From Takakia lepidozioides (lineage: Eukaryota; Plantae; Bryophyta): a stretch of DNA of 64,000 bases. Where the stretch lies: assembly GCA_030704615.1 (NCBI GenBank), contig CM060731.1:51522001-51586000 (forward strand), written 5' to 3'. Below the pieces are notes generated by a model. It was given only the letters and a program-made list of their open reading frames with translations. It ran no database searches and had not been told where the DNA came from. Positions 1 through 13,900 of the stretch are shown here, one piece after another (the stretch's first letter is position 1; every line of letters begins with the position of its first letter). Position numbers and translations under genes: made by a program.

Positions 1-299
1 CCACCAATCAGGTATAGCATCATTACCAATAGGGAAATTCTCTTAGGAGTTATAGCAAAGAAAACTGCAAAAAGATTGTACTAATGAAATCATTCCAGTT
101 ACAAATTTTCTAGATCTACAGAACACATGTAGTCCCAGTACTGCAGTTCATCCATTCTTTGCCTCCCACATCATTTACTTGCATAACACTGCCAGTAGTG
201 CATCTGTCTCCTATCCAAATGGTACATTCTCTCCACATGACAAAGGAGTGTGCCCAGGTGGCAGAATTAAACTTCAGCAAGATAAGCGGTAGACTTCAC

Positions 300-3200
300 C
301 TGAATCTGATTGTCTTCATCATACCGATCCAAAGCAGCGAGAATAACATCCGCACCTCCAGCTGCAGCAATTGATACCTGGGCCCGAATGCTATAGCTGC
401 AAACTGTGGTTAGCACGCAACATGCTTGCTGAACCACTTTCCTTCGCTGGTGAGCACTGCCCCCAAAAGAGAGAGCTTTCTGCATTGCCCCAAGCACTGC
501 CTCTGCTCCACAACCACCTGGGGCAAAAACCTCTTCTATCTCCCGGACAGTTGCTGCAAACACACATGCGCTGTAGAGAGCCTGAAGTGCAAGGCTAGTT
601 ACATCTGGACGGTTTTGATTAGTCCAATGATGGACAAGATCCACTAGCTGCATGACTCCCACTTCTCCCTCCCCCCTGCCAAACAAATGACACAAATATT
701 TCTTAAATAAACATGAGAGTTAATACAAAGTTCAGACCCACTTTTAGCTTCAGCTCTGAATCTACCAGCTTTACAATATAAGTGCTTGCATCTTGAGAAA
801 TATGAGCATCTGAACTTGACAAGAACACAGCCAGACTACCTAGGATTAAACCCACAACTTACCATATCCGTGACTTATACTCCTCCCGGTCACTCTCAAT
901 CCCAGGCTTGAAAAGGTGCACATTCTCCCAAGTGAGGTATAAGCTCACGAGTGCATGGCATGCCCATATCACTGTCTCAGCATCCTCTAGCTTGTAGAGC
1001 ACAGTCCGTATTGCCAGGATTGCATTCTTCACAGACATTGGGAACCCAACCCGTTCTGCAATTTTGGCCATTGATTCTGTTGCCTCCTGCCAAGCTTTGA
1101 TGTCCTTCACTGCTTGCTGCTGGGAGATTGTATCCAGCTCACCATCCCATTGAGTTCCGTGTTCTTCATTGCTCCCCTCAACATGTTCATGAGACCTGTC
1201 ATTCTGTAGGGAAAAAGCTTTCCCACTGCCATCAGTCTCCCTGGTGGAAAGCGGAACGCTTTCTTCATCTCTCACTTGCATGGCCAGAGACCTAGAGTCT
1301 TGCATCTTCTCTTTCAGATTGTCCCTCTCTCGGCCTTTATACTGTTCAACTATGGTGTCCATATAGGCCTTTACTTCAGAGGTAGAATGTGCATTGTTGT
1401 TAAGAGCCATACTGTGTGTCCAGATTGTAAGGGCATCCAGGGTGGATCGAGAGTCATTGTCCTCATCAATCGGATCATCCTGTGTCTCATCAGAGTTCCC
1501 CTTGCTAAATGACCAAGCTGCCTTGTCATCTACATGATCTTCTGCTGTACTCAGAGAGGGAGTTTCATCATGCTTCCTGTGCTTGTTATAAGACTCAAGA
1601 AAGTCGGACGTAACTCCTGCGGATATGCCCTTCCCGATGGCCATTTCAGAGTTTCGAGTTAGGTGGCCAAATACATCGTCCATTATGCTCCCAGAGCTGC
1701 GCACCAGCTCTGCCTAACTGAAGCAAAAGAGTGGTTCTGCAAGGCTGCAGTCTGTGATCGTGCACACAGAGATTTGCTAGCTGGGGTTTTGGAGGGAACC
1801 TTGGCTGCCACCCCCCGTGCCGCCCCCTTGGCAGGTGTTGGGGCACTGCTGGATGCTGTGCCTCCATTGTAAGAGAGAGCCATGGTCCCAGATATCATGC
1901 ACATGGCTGAAGTCGCCTGAGATAGGATCAGGTTGGCAAGTGCATCAGAGGGAGATGGGACAGTGGAGGTCGAGAGAGAGGAGAGAGGAGAGACTAGCTG
2001 CCCTCGAGAACTCGTGGAACTGCTAGGCACTTTTTCAGTGACATCAACTTCCAATCTGGATGATGAATCTGCAGGTTGCAAGTTAGGCAATGGACCACTT
2101 TTAAACCAAGAAGAGCCTGCCTCCAAACCTGAACCAAATGATGGTGGCTTTTCTCCTGCACGTAGATTTTTGGTCAAATTGAATGACGTCATAGCATTCT
2201 TGAGGCAATTCTCCATCAGGCTTTCTCCCAATGCACCTGAAGAAGAGTCCGAGGTTAGCGATGGCCCAGCTCTGTGGTCCATTGAAGATGGAAAGATTTT
2301 GCCAATCTGAGGAGAATTGAATGGAGGATCTGGAGACTTGTTCGCATAATCAAGTCTGCCATGTAGATCTTGTCATTACCACCTCTTCTGCTGAGGTTCC
2401 AACAGGAAAAGCTTTGCCCCCAAAAGAGTGTGCCGTTAGACAAGAATCAATTTTCTGAGTGAAGGAGGAGGTAGACAAGGATTGAGGAGCGGGGGATGGA
2501 GAGAACAGTGACGAACCGACTAGACGAGTTTCCGAAGACACAGAGGAAGTAGTCTAAGAGCCTGAGCTTGTGGAATTTGAAGAAGCGAGCAGTGTTAGCG
2601 GGTTTGACATCCCGGCTGAGAGATTCCACGACCACAGAAGTACATAGGGTGTGGGGGTCCATGTAGAGGAGAGAGATGGGGCATTCGTAGATGCAGAAAT
2701 AGCGGCGGAGAGGCTATGCTTCGCAGCTCTTCGCCCCATGGAGACAGGAGTAAGGCGCTGGGCATAATGAACATAGGCGAGAAACGCTTGCTGTAAGACT
2801 GCACACCGCCACACTTGAACTGTCTCCACCTTCTGGAATTCACGCATGGCAGCCATGGTCACCTCGACAGACATGTCATTCTCCTTTCCACGTCGTCAAC
2901 ACAATCCTTCCCTGGAAAAGTAGGGGGAACTGGCACTGCAATACTCTGATTGGCTGGCTCACCTCTAAGGCCACTGTCAACACTACAACTTTGTAGTGGT
3001 GGTCTTCCTTGTGGAAATTTGGCTTTGCTAAAAATCATTATCGGTCTAGATGTGAGCAATCTTTTCTCAAGTTCTGCTGGTTTACTGTTGCTAAGAGGCA
3101 TACCTGAAAAAATGCACTGAAATAGTTTTAGACACTTTCTACTCTATTTGGGTGGATTAGCTCCTATAAGACACACAGTGGACCACTTTTGCTACATTTG

Positions 3201-6200
3201 CAGCATTCGGCTTTGAAGTGAGTAACCACACCAACATTCAGCCATAGTCACTGGTAGAAGCGTGGGAGAGTGGGCAAGATAGAACCTATGGCACAGATAT
3301 TCTTAACAAGCACAACAAACCTACCACATACCTGGCAGGGGCGAGATGCTCGATGTTGACATGCCAGCATTAAGGCTCTCGCCAGAACCCTTGAGAAAGC
3401 ACCCGAGTGCAAAAGTGCCATTGCTCTGCATCGACTTAGACTTGTTGAAGGTTTTCATTGCACTGACCACTGCCCATAATGTCCGCCCCCACGCTTCATC
3501 AGGCGATGTTGGTGGGCCTCCTTTCCTCTCCCCGCGTCCACTGCCCAGCTTCTGCTGCACGCCTTCCGAGCTGCGCTTTATGGAATAGCTCACTGACGCA
3601 TCATGGCCAGAACCCCCTACTGGGACAGGTACAGGATCTGAAATGGGACATTAAACACTGAATCAGATTCTTTTGCTTCCATGCCCATAGCAATGGACAA
3701 ATTCACTTTATCGCACTAAAACTCAGACCTGCATGTATTAACACCAGAGTATTGCTGACACCACAATATAGTTGGTGAGATGAGCCTACCCCTGAAACTA
3801 TTATTTTGTCTGTATGCCAAAGAATATCAACAATTCTCATGGTGTAGTTTCTCTTCTGACCTGGAGAGATAAGAGGTCCACTTCGTTGTTCCATTCTCTG
3901 CCAACGTGCGAGCCATGGTACCTAGCACATTACATCCTTCTTGCTGCATCATTTCATTCATACGACATACAGACTAGTGGGCAACCCAACTACAGCAACC
4001 ACCGCCCCATTTCGAACCATGTTGGCAACACTACGAACGCCTGCACTGTGAACCAGTGTCCAGAGAGTACTACATCCGTGCCATTGAATCCTGACATCCT
4101 CTGGAAACGCCGTCATGGCTGAAATAAGTGTCCGGCGAACCGTCCTGCCTCTCTGTCTGCATCTTTTGTTGCTCGCAGGGGCCTTTTGCCAGTTCCCCAT
4201 TCAGGGGTACCTAGGCCCATGCGAGTGGCCAATCACTTGAAGCGCACTACTGCCTGCTCTCTGCAGCATCATCATCATTGCGATCTTTATTAAAGCAACC
4301 AAGAGAAAGAAAAAATATCATGACACAATGATACCAGGTCAGGGAAGGAGGAGAGGGCAAGAGTCCGAGAAGAGCAACAGGATCAGACCAAAACCTACAA
4401 ATTTCGAATGAAGAAATGAACAGTAGGAAAGGTTTACCTGGACCATAAGGTTCGCCCGGTGGTGATCCATAGAGATAGTAATGGCCGCCCAGGCAGCATG
4501 GCCAGTGGCTTAACTCACTGGTCTGGTAAGGGAGCCCAGGGTCTGGCATCTTTCTGCCTGCATCTCGGCATTGGTCACAAACTCACGCATTGCAGCTATA
4601 ATAAAGGCAATGCTTCATCATCACACACGCACTTTGAATTCGTTGATGAAAGGTGGGCAGACAGGGCCCGTAGCGCTGCTTTGCCCACATACATAGAAGA
4701 CAACAACAACAAATTATGGACATTACCAAAGCTATCACATCTCTCCGTACTATGGATTCTGAGCTCACTTAAAGTCCTAGAACATGCCGAAGTCCCTTCT
4801 TGAAGTGATTAGCCCGACAATATCTGCGGCATGCGATTCTGTGGTCTAGGTGCAAGTTAAGGGCAGCAGGAAGCCCCGCTCTTATGGTCAAGCCTGCTGC
4901 TTCAAGGGCTTTTTGAGCCTTATTGCAGGCCTCTCAAGGGCCAGTAAGCCCACCTCCACACACAGAACCCCCCGCGCTCCCCCCCCCGCGACCCCCCCAC
5001 CCTCACCTCACGCCTCCGTTTATACAGCTGACGTCAATTCATTACAATCTTGTTCAGTCAAGATTGCACCGAATGCGCCTAACGGTTTAATGTATACATT
5101 AAAAACAGATTGTTGATAAATCTCAGCTAAGTTAAGAGACTTTTACGCAATTAAAAGAATCCAATTAAGCAGGTTGATAGACTATATACCGTCCAGATGT
5201 GTCTTACAATCTACATGCTTGACGGAACAAAATAATGTGGTTGACGAAACTATTAAGAGTTCTGAGAAACACACACCTGCCTGCGTGGAATGCGCCTCAA
5301 TATCACAAGATTTCATTGCGTTCATTCAATTGCACACTGGGCCTTCAGTCTTCACGTGCCAGCATTGGCACAGTTGCTGCATAGGCTACAGCAGCTAGTG
5401 CGGATATTGAGCTAGCTGTAGATTCTGACGGCATGCCACTGCAGAGAGATGACACCACCCCACCACTCTTTCCAACCCCTGCACTCACAGCAGCTGCTGC
5501 ATAGCTACCTGAAGAAGTTCTCAATGTAATTTTTGAGCGTCCTGGATCCTTATCTAACCCAACAGCATGCTCTGTGATTTGAGGCACCACTGGACTCAAC
5601 TGAGTGGGAAGTTGTTGCCTGAGGTTGTCGGGCTTTATTACCTTGGTAGCAGAACCCTTGAGCATCTCCTTGCCAGAGAGGAAAGGAGGTATGCTCGCAG
5701 AGGATGCGCTCGAAGAGCTCTCACTAGAACTACTTCGGTCACTGCTGCTAGGAGGTAGAATGCTACCCAAGGAGTCAAGGCACCAACTAAGCAGCATAAC
5801 ATTGTCTTTCAACACTTGAACTAAATCTACAAAGGCCTCTGTTAAGGCTACATACATTTCAGCTAAAAGTGTCTTCCCTCTTCTCCTCCCCATTCCATTT
5901 AGGGTAGACAACTTTCCACTACTGGCTAGTGCCTTCCCACGCAATGCTGCAGTGGTCAGTTTATCCAGGGCATTAAACCCGGCAGCCACAACATCAGAGA
6001 GACCAGCTCCTTTGGCAAGAGAGAAAGCACTCGATGCAACTTTCCTCCTTTCCTCACTGACCGACCGTTCAGTTGATTGATATCTCTTCTCTTGCGAAGC
6101 TCCCTCTCTCCATTTCTCACCTATATACCTATTTCCGGAATCACCATCCAACAAAACTCTGTCCATCCTCCTGTCCTGGAGTTCAGACCCTCGTTCAATG

Positions 6201-9127
6201 TTGGCACTCTGCTGAGCTGAACCCCTCCTTCTCTCCTCGCACACAGACAAACAAGCAGCTTCGGAGTTGTTCTTTGAGTCTGTTCTTTCCTCCCGGTTGC
6301 TCTCAGGAAAATTACCAGCCAAGGGTTTCCTTTGAAATCTGACAGGATCCCTTCTCTTTGCGACTGGGAGGGCATCATCTCCAGCAGCTACCACAGCAAC
6401 TGGCTGCAACATGACAACTAGCAACCCTTAGCTCTGGTCTCCCACCACTGTTTCCTCTCAGAGGTCCTCGCAGTGCCAAACAAATAATATCCTTCGCCTG
6501 TCTGACTGAGCAGATTTCTGTTGTTCTCCTTTGGTGAGGAAACATATGAGATATGGAGGGCTATCATGCAAACATAGACGACTCACCTTCAAGTTTCCAG
6601 ATCATGATATGGGGGCAGTTTCAAAGAGAAGGCCTAGATACTGCTGAGAACAACTACATAGGTACCCACCTGCAATTTCTTGAACAAAGGCTGCAAAACC
6701 GCATATCCTTGGCACTCTCCTCCATTCTCTACACCTTTCCTGTCCTTGACACCATCTTCAGAGAAGCTCATAGCTAAGCCGGATGAAAGAACACTCTGTT
6801 CGCATTCCTCCCCTACCTCACCATTCCCAACCAGCTCAGAACTTGCTTCTATTTCTGTACTTTGGACAAGATCCACACTGCCAGGAACAACTGCCTCACT
6901 ATCCCCTGTATCCCTGTCTCGTGAACATGCTGTATTGTCTTCCCAGAACTCCAACATGGAAGTTCCTGTAGGTCTAGTCCCCACATCCCCTCCACCCAAG
7001 ACCTTCCGCATGACAAAATCCTTCTCGGAAATCCACTGTGTCTTTGTAACCTTGGGTTGTGACCCCAAGGACCCCACGCCACTCGGCAAACCCCTCTCCC
7101 TGCAGCTGACTGAGTCTCTAGCTATCACAACCCTCCGGGACCCCAGTACCCGGGTACCCAGGCGGCCCCTGGCTCGCACTACCCGGCCCTCACCATTCTT
7201 CCGAGCCTCCTCCCAGTCCTTAACTCCCCCACCAGCATTCTTATTGGCTCGATCCAAAGCCTCTGGATGTGAATGTAACAGTCCCTGAGAATCCCCTCTC
7301 CATGGTGCTGAGGAGAAATCATTGCCATTGGATCCTAATGAGAAATCTAAGCATACATTAGCATCCATTCCCTCATCTCCTCCACCATCTTTGGCATCAT
7401 CTTCCTCTTCTAATTCACCAGAGGTGCGCTGTCGCTTGCGCCTGGACTCATTGGGAGCAGAGCTTGAGGGCCCCATGTCAGATCGCAAAGATGATGATGT
7501 AGGAGCAGACACCGCCAGACTTCCCTGCTCTTCAGTCAGTTGGTGACTACATGCCATGCAATCTTCCTGTTGTTGAGCAGCCCCCACTTCATGCGGATGA
7601 TGCCCCTCTGCATATTCCAAAATCACCAGACTGACATCAAAATTCTTCTAGTAACCTTACACAGAGGCAACCACCTACATCCTGAGGCAGTCCTCATTGG
7701 AACAAGCAAAACTCGTAACAAAGCTTCAAAGGAAGGCGTCTATTGGCACCCATTGCCATAAACTCCCCACCCCAGCCATGTGTTTGACTTCCACCTCGTC
7801 TTATAAGACCTCAGAATCCAATGAAAAACTTGCTGGGATGTGGCATGCATTGAACAATAGGCGGTTTTTGTATAGCCACAAAGTATTTGAAAGGCAAAGT
7901 GCTACCCCTCTCTGCTACCATACATCGAGGCGAAAGATGCTATTCTACCTACCTGGAAATCGAAGTTTGGTACATCGCTATTGGTGGACCTTTAGATGCA
8001 ACACTGTCCTGCCTCTAGGGAAATGGGATTTTGGAAGGGTTTGGTGAAGACAGCCAGGTCCCATAGTCCTTGTGTTTCTTACAGTTACACACATAAGATG
8101 CATGCCAAACCATGCAATTGAATTGACCAGAAGATGAAGACTTGTTGACCTTGGATTTGCCTCTTAGAATATCAGAGGTGGTCTCACCTAAATCGGACTC
8201 CAAAGCCTTGGCCTCAGGACCTGACTTGGAGGACCCAGATCGCCCAATCTTCACAGCTCCTTTGACAGGTTTTTGAAGGCCGTGCCAACGGAAATGGCGC
8301 ACCGATGACGCTATTAACCGCGCTCCATTTGCTGACACGATGAGAGCAACAGCAGAGGGTGAATTCGCAGCATCCCCTAACTCCTGGAGCAATCGTTCTG
8401 CCACATCTGTGTCACCCCCTTTGATGGCCTCTTGCAACCCTTTCACATACTCATATAAAGCATCATGTTGGAATGCCAGAGAATGTGAGTTGCTAGAGCT
8501 GCTGACGGAGGTCGCGGTGGGAGCAGCTGCCGAGTTTGAGGGCAATGGCGAAAAGGAGGATGTGGAAGGGCAAGATGAAGTCGAAACGGAAGGGGAGCTT
8601 CTCGCTGAAGAAACTATTGAATGCGAATTAGAAATATTCGAGGATGTGGTGGCCGAGGAAGAAGTGGGAGCTGAGGAACGGCCTATCAACTCAGAAGACG
8701 CGCCTGTTGCAGAAGTGGCGATCGACACTGATGGTGAAGCTAGAGAAGTAGAGATAGAGGTGGAGACAACCGGGGAGGAACCAGAGAGTTGGGAACCATT
8801 AGATGGGCCACAAGATGACGAGAGAGTGCTGGAAAAGGTGGGGGTTGAGAGTGACAGAGACGACGGTAATGGTGACGGAAGGAGAGGAGGTGCAGACACA
8901 TTGGAGGAAGAAGATTGAGAGAGAGGGAAAGCTGAAGCAAATGATGCCATGGATGGAGCTGGAAGTGATGAAGTGAATGAGGAAGAGGACGCAGAGAAAG
9001 GAGAGAGAGAAGCTGAAGATGCTGATGGCAAGGACTGAGACGGAAGAGGCATGCCATGGTGGGCCTTGACAGAGCTCCGCCGGTAGCTTCTCCTTGCAGG
9101 CTTCAACGCAGCTGTGCGCTTCGCCAT
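300..9127 (-). pseudogene. Disabled multi-exon gene for a large ARM-repeat protein (LRRK2-N/aardvark-like repeats) with a Ser-rich N-terminus; continues past the window start
   Basis: Repeated ARM-like motifs: IAAMREFVTNAEMQ, AAITISMDHHRANLMVQ, ISAMTAFPEDVRIQWHGCSTL, VSAMKTFNKSKSMQSNGTFAL, AAMREFQKVETVQ, LAALDRYDEDNQIQ. Canonical splice sites (exon 300-675, donors at 862 and 3331). In-frame stops at 2554, 4201 and 4510; frameshifts near 2370, 2880 and 4605. Confidence 0.7.
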
Positions 9128-9889
9128 GATTCACATACGCCCATAGGCTTCGCTGCAGAATTCTAGCATGAATTGTCTTCGTCCTCCACAACCTGCCCAA
9201 TCACCCAGATTTCGGTCAAGGGGCAGCGGATTGTGGCAATTCAGATCTGACACAACAGTTGGAGTAAGAGACGGATTGTGCTGCTTGCTTGCAGGGTATG
9301 CATCCCCTCTTCTCACAAACCTCCTACAAAAAACCCATGTAGTCAAACACTGCAAACTCTGCAACAATCCAACAATTGACACAGTGCCACCCCGGCCTTA
9401 CTACGAAATGGGTTTCAGATCTGAGTCTTCCGGAGAGAAAATGGAGGAACTGAAGAGAAGTAAAAAAGAGTGACGAGAGGGAGGGAGAAAAAACAAGGAT
9501 GCAAAGCATTGCTGGCACCCCCGCTCAAAAAGGAGCGCCTTGTTGCCACCGGCTCAGTCGGTGGCCTCCATCTGTGCCCGCCAGATGGCCACGCTGACCC
9601 GGAGACTTTTGTCCCTGTTCGCCGGGTCAGCGACGTGGCCCTCTCATCTCTCAACGGGCACCATCGCTGCAACAACACTCTCACTCACCCGTCTCTCTGA
9701 TCTCTCTCTTTCGCTCTCGCTTGAGTTGCTGGCCCGCTGCTTTGGTGGCGGCATCGCTCTCAGCAACGCAACGCAACAAGCGCTGGTGCGAGGCGATGGG
9801 GTGCAAAAGTCACAGGATTTGAATGAGTGGGGCCGCGCTGCAGTCCCTGCCCAATAATGCCCCGCCTTCAATCCCTCTCCCTGGGCCAT

Positions 9890-10125
9890 GAATACACCAC
9901 ACAAATTAGGGCAGCCATGGATTTCAGGCAATCTGGACTGCGTTGCAATGTTTGGAGTAGTAGCGGGCGAGGACCCGGGTAAGTATGTTGTGTAGTGTTC
10001 ACCCTTCTTGTCTGCTTGCAAGCTATTATGGAAAGGGCTAAACGGACTCGCTCCGGCGCAATGGTAGTTGGCATGCTGAGACATTGGGGTGCCATGACGC
10101 AAGCTACAATTTTGAGGTGAACTGC
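9890..10125 (-). mobile_element. Possible degenerate N-terminal fragment of a PIF/Harbinger transposase
   Basis: Translation LRHGTPMSQHANYHCAGAS ... EIHGCPNLCG resembles the Harbinger HTH (RLxxGxxxxxxAxxFxxGxS) and the GxPNxxG segment before DGT. Confidence 0.3.
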
Positions 10126-10344
10126 CACAAAGTACGCCAAAGTAGTAGCATCTTGCATGTTTGAAAGAAATATACCAAACAAACAAAACAATTTAAGTAA
10201 AAACATGTCATGGCAAAGTGAGTCTTTGGTTCCTTAGAAAGTACCAACAGTTGGTAGCTCAGTTGGATAGTGCAGTGTCACCCATATGATTATGGGGTCA
10301 ACTTAGCTACCTTGATGGCTGTGATAATAATAATATTTAACATT

Positions 10345-10509
10345 TGACGCCTCCCAAAGGAAGCGTAAATTATGGTGTCTCTTCACCTCGGAGGGTTACT
10401 GCCTTCGGCTAGGAAGGTGGACACCTTGTGACACCAATCGATGGATTGAACCCACAACCACTCCCGAGGTGGTATGTGCCCATTACCACTGGGCTACAAC
10501 TTGGTTGTC
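10345..10509 (-). mobile_element. tRNA-derived SINE, copy 1 (diverged)
   Basis: Homologous to 13826-13992 and 55993-56175. Minus-strand A box TAGCCCAGTGG and B box GGTTCAATCC. Confidence 0.8.
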
Positions 10510-10919
10510 ATGACTCCGGTATGTTCTTCTCCCCCCTTCCCTTGGGCAGGCGAGGTTACTCTGAAAGAGGTCATTTTTTCCTCTCACTATAATTAAGGGG
10601 CCTGATTTGTAAGTTGTCGCCCCAGGTGTTTCCCTTTTTAAAAATGGTTTCATGGTTTTTGTGGACTGAGAGCATTCTAGTGTCATGCTAGTAGGTGGTT
10701 GGACTTGCACTTCTTCATCATAAAATATGCTGAACGTCACTCTCACATGGGTTTAGGCTTGTCTCCAGTTGTACATAACGAAGATAGCAAAAGGCACATA
10801 GCATGACAGACATGATATACCAATTACTATTATTATTTAGATAAGAAATAAAAGGGCCATGCCACCTTTATTCGCCGCCTCGCCCCACGCCTCTTGGCAG
10901 TAGCACCGCGCAGGTCGCA

Positions 10920-13900
10920 GGAAAAATATTTCACAAAATATAGAATTTGTCTACCTCTATTCCTTGTGCCACAGGGAGACTTTTGAGTCTTTCATCACTT
11001 GAGGCTCCAACAAAAGCTAAAACGGCCTTGAGGATGGAGGCCCTATAAGTCGTATTAAAAAGAATCAAGGAAAAAATGACCTCATCAGGGCCATAAGACA
11101 AAACAATCATGGGGAGCCTCCACAACGGGCCAAAAACAAAGCCACAAAAGGGCAGCAAAACCAGCCATGGTTCCCCAGGAAACCAGAGATCTAGGGGCTA
11201 AAACTTAGCACCATCCATGCTGCTGAGTGCAAAACACTCGCCATAGTGCGATCCAAGGTGCTGGCAAGAAAGCTAGGAACCTTTTTTTCGAAAGAGATCA
11301 GGGGACAGAGGCCCTATAAAATTTTATTAATAAAACTGAGGAAAAAATAACCTCGAAGAAACAACACCATGAGGATGAGAAAGGGGACACTGCCCCGTGA
11401 CAAAAAACCCAAGCAACACTTCAGGAGCTATGGATGAGTAGGTCCGCAGCTAGGGGATGCTAGAGACTAGAGTCTAGCGCCTAGAGGAGTCAAAGGAAAT
11501 ATGGGCTTTTGATTTGCCCTTCCTAAGGCGCTTGTGGCGCCAGTTGTCATCTGATTCTTCAGGCTTAGTAGATTTACGTTCGCTGATGGAACTGCCAACA
11601 TGTCGGGGAAGCTGTCGTTGCAGATAATCTTTGATTCAGAGTCTCTTGTGCACAGTCGCCCGGCTTCTTCCCCACGAGTTACCAAAGCCAGCGGATAGCT
11701 GAACTCTCCTTCTCGTTGCACATCTAGAAGTAGTTGCACATAAACACGCCAGACATTCCTTGCTTCAGACATAAAGTTTGAGTGAACTCTATGCAACACT
11801 AGATTGGCACATGGTTGCACCCCCGCATAAACAAAAGAGCACCTGCACTTCCATATGTTCCAAAGGGTATGTGCTCTAAGAGCTGCCCATACTGGAAAAG
11901 TGCTCCAAATTTACCCCCAGTCCATGTCAAGAAGCAGCACAGAATTAAGGAAAGAGAAATCCACACGTCAGGCTAGGCCACATAAAATCTGCTGATAGCC
12001 CGCCAAACAAAGGAACTCAAAGGGCACTCAAGTAGGCAATGCTCTATTGACTCGGAACAATCCGAGCTACACAAGGTGCAGAGAGGAGGAGGGTCCAAAA
12101 TGAATGAGAACATAGGAAGAATACGGTTGACGATTTTCCAAAGGAACCCACTGACTTTCGCTGCTCTATCTTTCCTCCAGAGGTCCTCCTTCCATATGTT
12201 GCCAGTTAGTAGGCAAGGAAGACAAGTGACACCATTTAGTGTTCCATTTCGTAGAAAATGTCACAGGGGGTTTGAGCAATGAATAACCAAGCTTCACCAA
12301 ATAGGCAGAGAAGGGGTCATGATCAGTGGACATCCAATTCCACTCTGCATGGTCAAATTGAAGATGTTGCAGGGGAGCCGAGAGAAACCAAGTGAAAAAA
12401 TTGAAGTAATGCGCCATGTTAACTGGGGGGACTGGATTACATTTACCCGACTGTCGACAGAAAACTCTGATCGCATAAAGGCCCGACTCCTCAAATATCG
12501 AGGGAGGTAAGGCGTTCCATCATAAGCAACCTTGAATGACCAGCCAGACAGCCGTTGGGAGTTACAGGATTCAACGTAAAATACACTAAGAACTAAGCCT
12601 GACTGACCCTTTCCCAGCCACAGAGAGAGAGAACGGAGATCAAAGTTAACATATACATAATAATATGTCATTACATATATAATAACATATATTAGTCCAA
12701 CGAGCTGGGATCCCGCTAACCAACAGCTGCCAGGCAGCAGCTCTCCTTAGCAGACAGGGATTCCATAGCAACAGCTTTTCCTTTCAATTGTGGTCCCGGC
12801 TCTACCATAGTTAAGCAGATCAAGGCGTTATTCAGAAACTTCAGTTGGGGCGCCTCGGCCTCCAGTCAAACTCGAAGGGCCCTAGTCAACTGGGCTCAGA
12901 TCACACAAAAGAAAAAGTTTGTAGGACTTGGCTTTATCGACCCTTTCGCGCAACGTGGCTCTCCTCGCAAAATAGGTCCCCAGGATGTTTCTGAATCTCT
13001 TTTCCCTTTGGAGTGTGCTCATCCGTGGCCATGTCATGGATGCCAGCCCAACATCTGGCAATTGGCCGCAATCTTTAAGATGGATAGTTCAGGGGTCTCG
13101 GTCCTCCAGAGCTAAGCCCATGGGTTCATCGGCCTGACAGTCTATTTGGGCTGCGTGGACCCGCATGCACTCTTTGGTATTCCAATCTTCCCCTAATACG
13201 GTGGAGGAAACGTGCAGGGTTTTCTCACTTTTGTCATATATGGGGTTCCGGGTTCGTTTCTTCCTCAATTCAGCTTGCATTTGAGCTTTTGAACAACAGC
13301 TTCGCAACGATGGAAGTCTGAAAGCCCGTGCCCCACCAACTTGAAGCCAGCGGAGGCCCAGATCGTGGCCCCAAGATGCAGTGTGTGCGATGGCAGCGTC
13401 TGGCTTAATCTTGGAGAGAAAACCAACTGATTTCGACCAGTTGACCTTTAGCCCAGAAGCTGCGCAAAACATGTTAAGAGCCTGCAGGGACGCCCGAACA
13501 TTGCTAGCAGAGGAGTTTATATCGATCAACAAGACGGTATCGTCAGCATATAAGGAGGCTTTGTTGCTACAGGTAGAGGGCAACGAACGAGGGATGCGCG
13601 CACCCCTTGAATGGAGGAGTTAAAGTCCATCAAATGAACAAGGGTGTCAGCTGCAAAAAGGAAAAGAAAAGGAGCTAAGGGGCAGCCCTGTCACACCGAG
13701 CGATGCAAGGGGAAGGAGGAGGAAAGAGCCCCATTAACCAAGACCTTGCTAGAGGCTGAAAAAAGCAAAATCTTAATCCAGGAGAGGACGTTACCAAAGA
13801 ACCCCAGTTTCTGCAAGGCACCTAGAAAAGGTGGACGCGCTGCCCAAGCAAGCGTAACTTATGGTGTCACTTGACCCCATAGGGCTACTGCCTTCCGGTG

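Noticed and set aside
4860-4945. Two apparent hairpins suggesting an ncRNA
   Set aside because: The region reads as a coding exon of the ARM pseudogene on the minus strand; the stems are probably incidental.
2300-8020. U-to-C editing or stop read-through rescuing the ARM gene
   Set aside because: Frameshifts are also present, any stop codon can be derived by C-to-T, and plant U-to-C editing is known from organelles.
8340-8918. 192-aa acidic ORF on the + strand
   Set aside because: Antisense shadow of the Ser-rich minus-strand exon; no independent support.
10253-10310. tRNA gene (GGTAGCTCAGTTGGATAG)
   Set aside because: Only an A-box-like head, with no complete cloverleaf or good B box; probably a decayed SINE. 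The three SINE heads are likewise not functional tRNAs.
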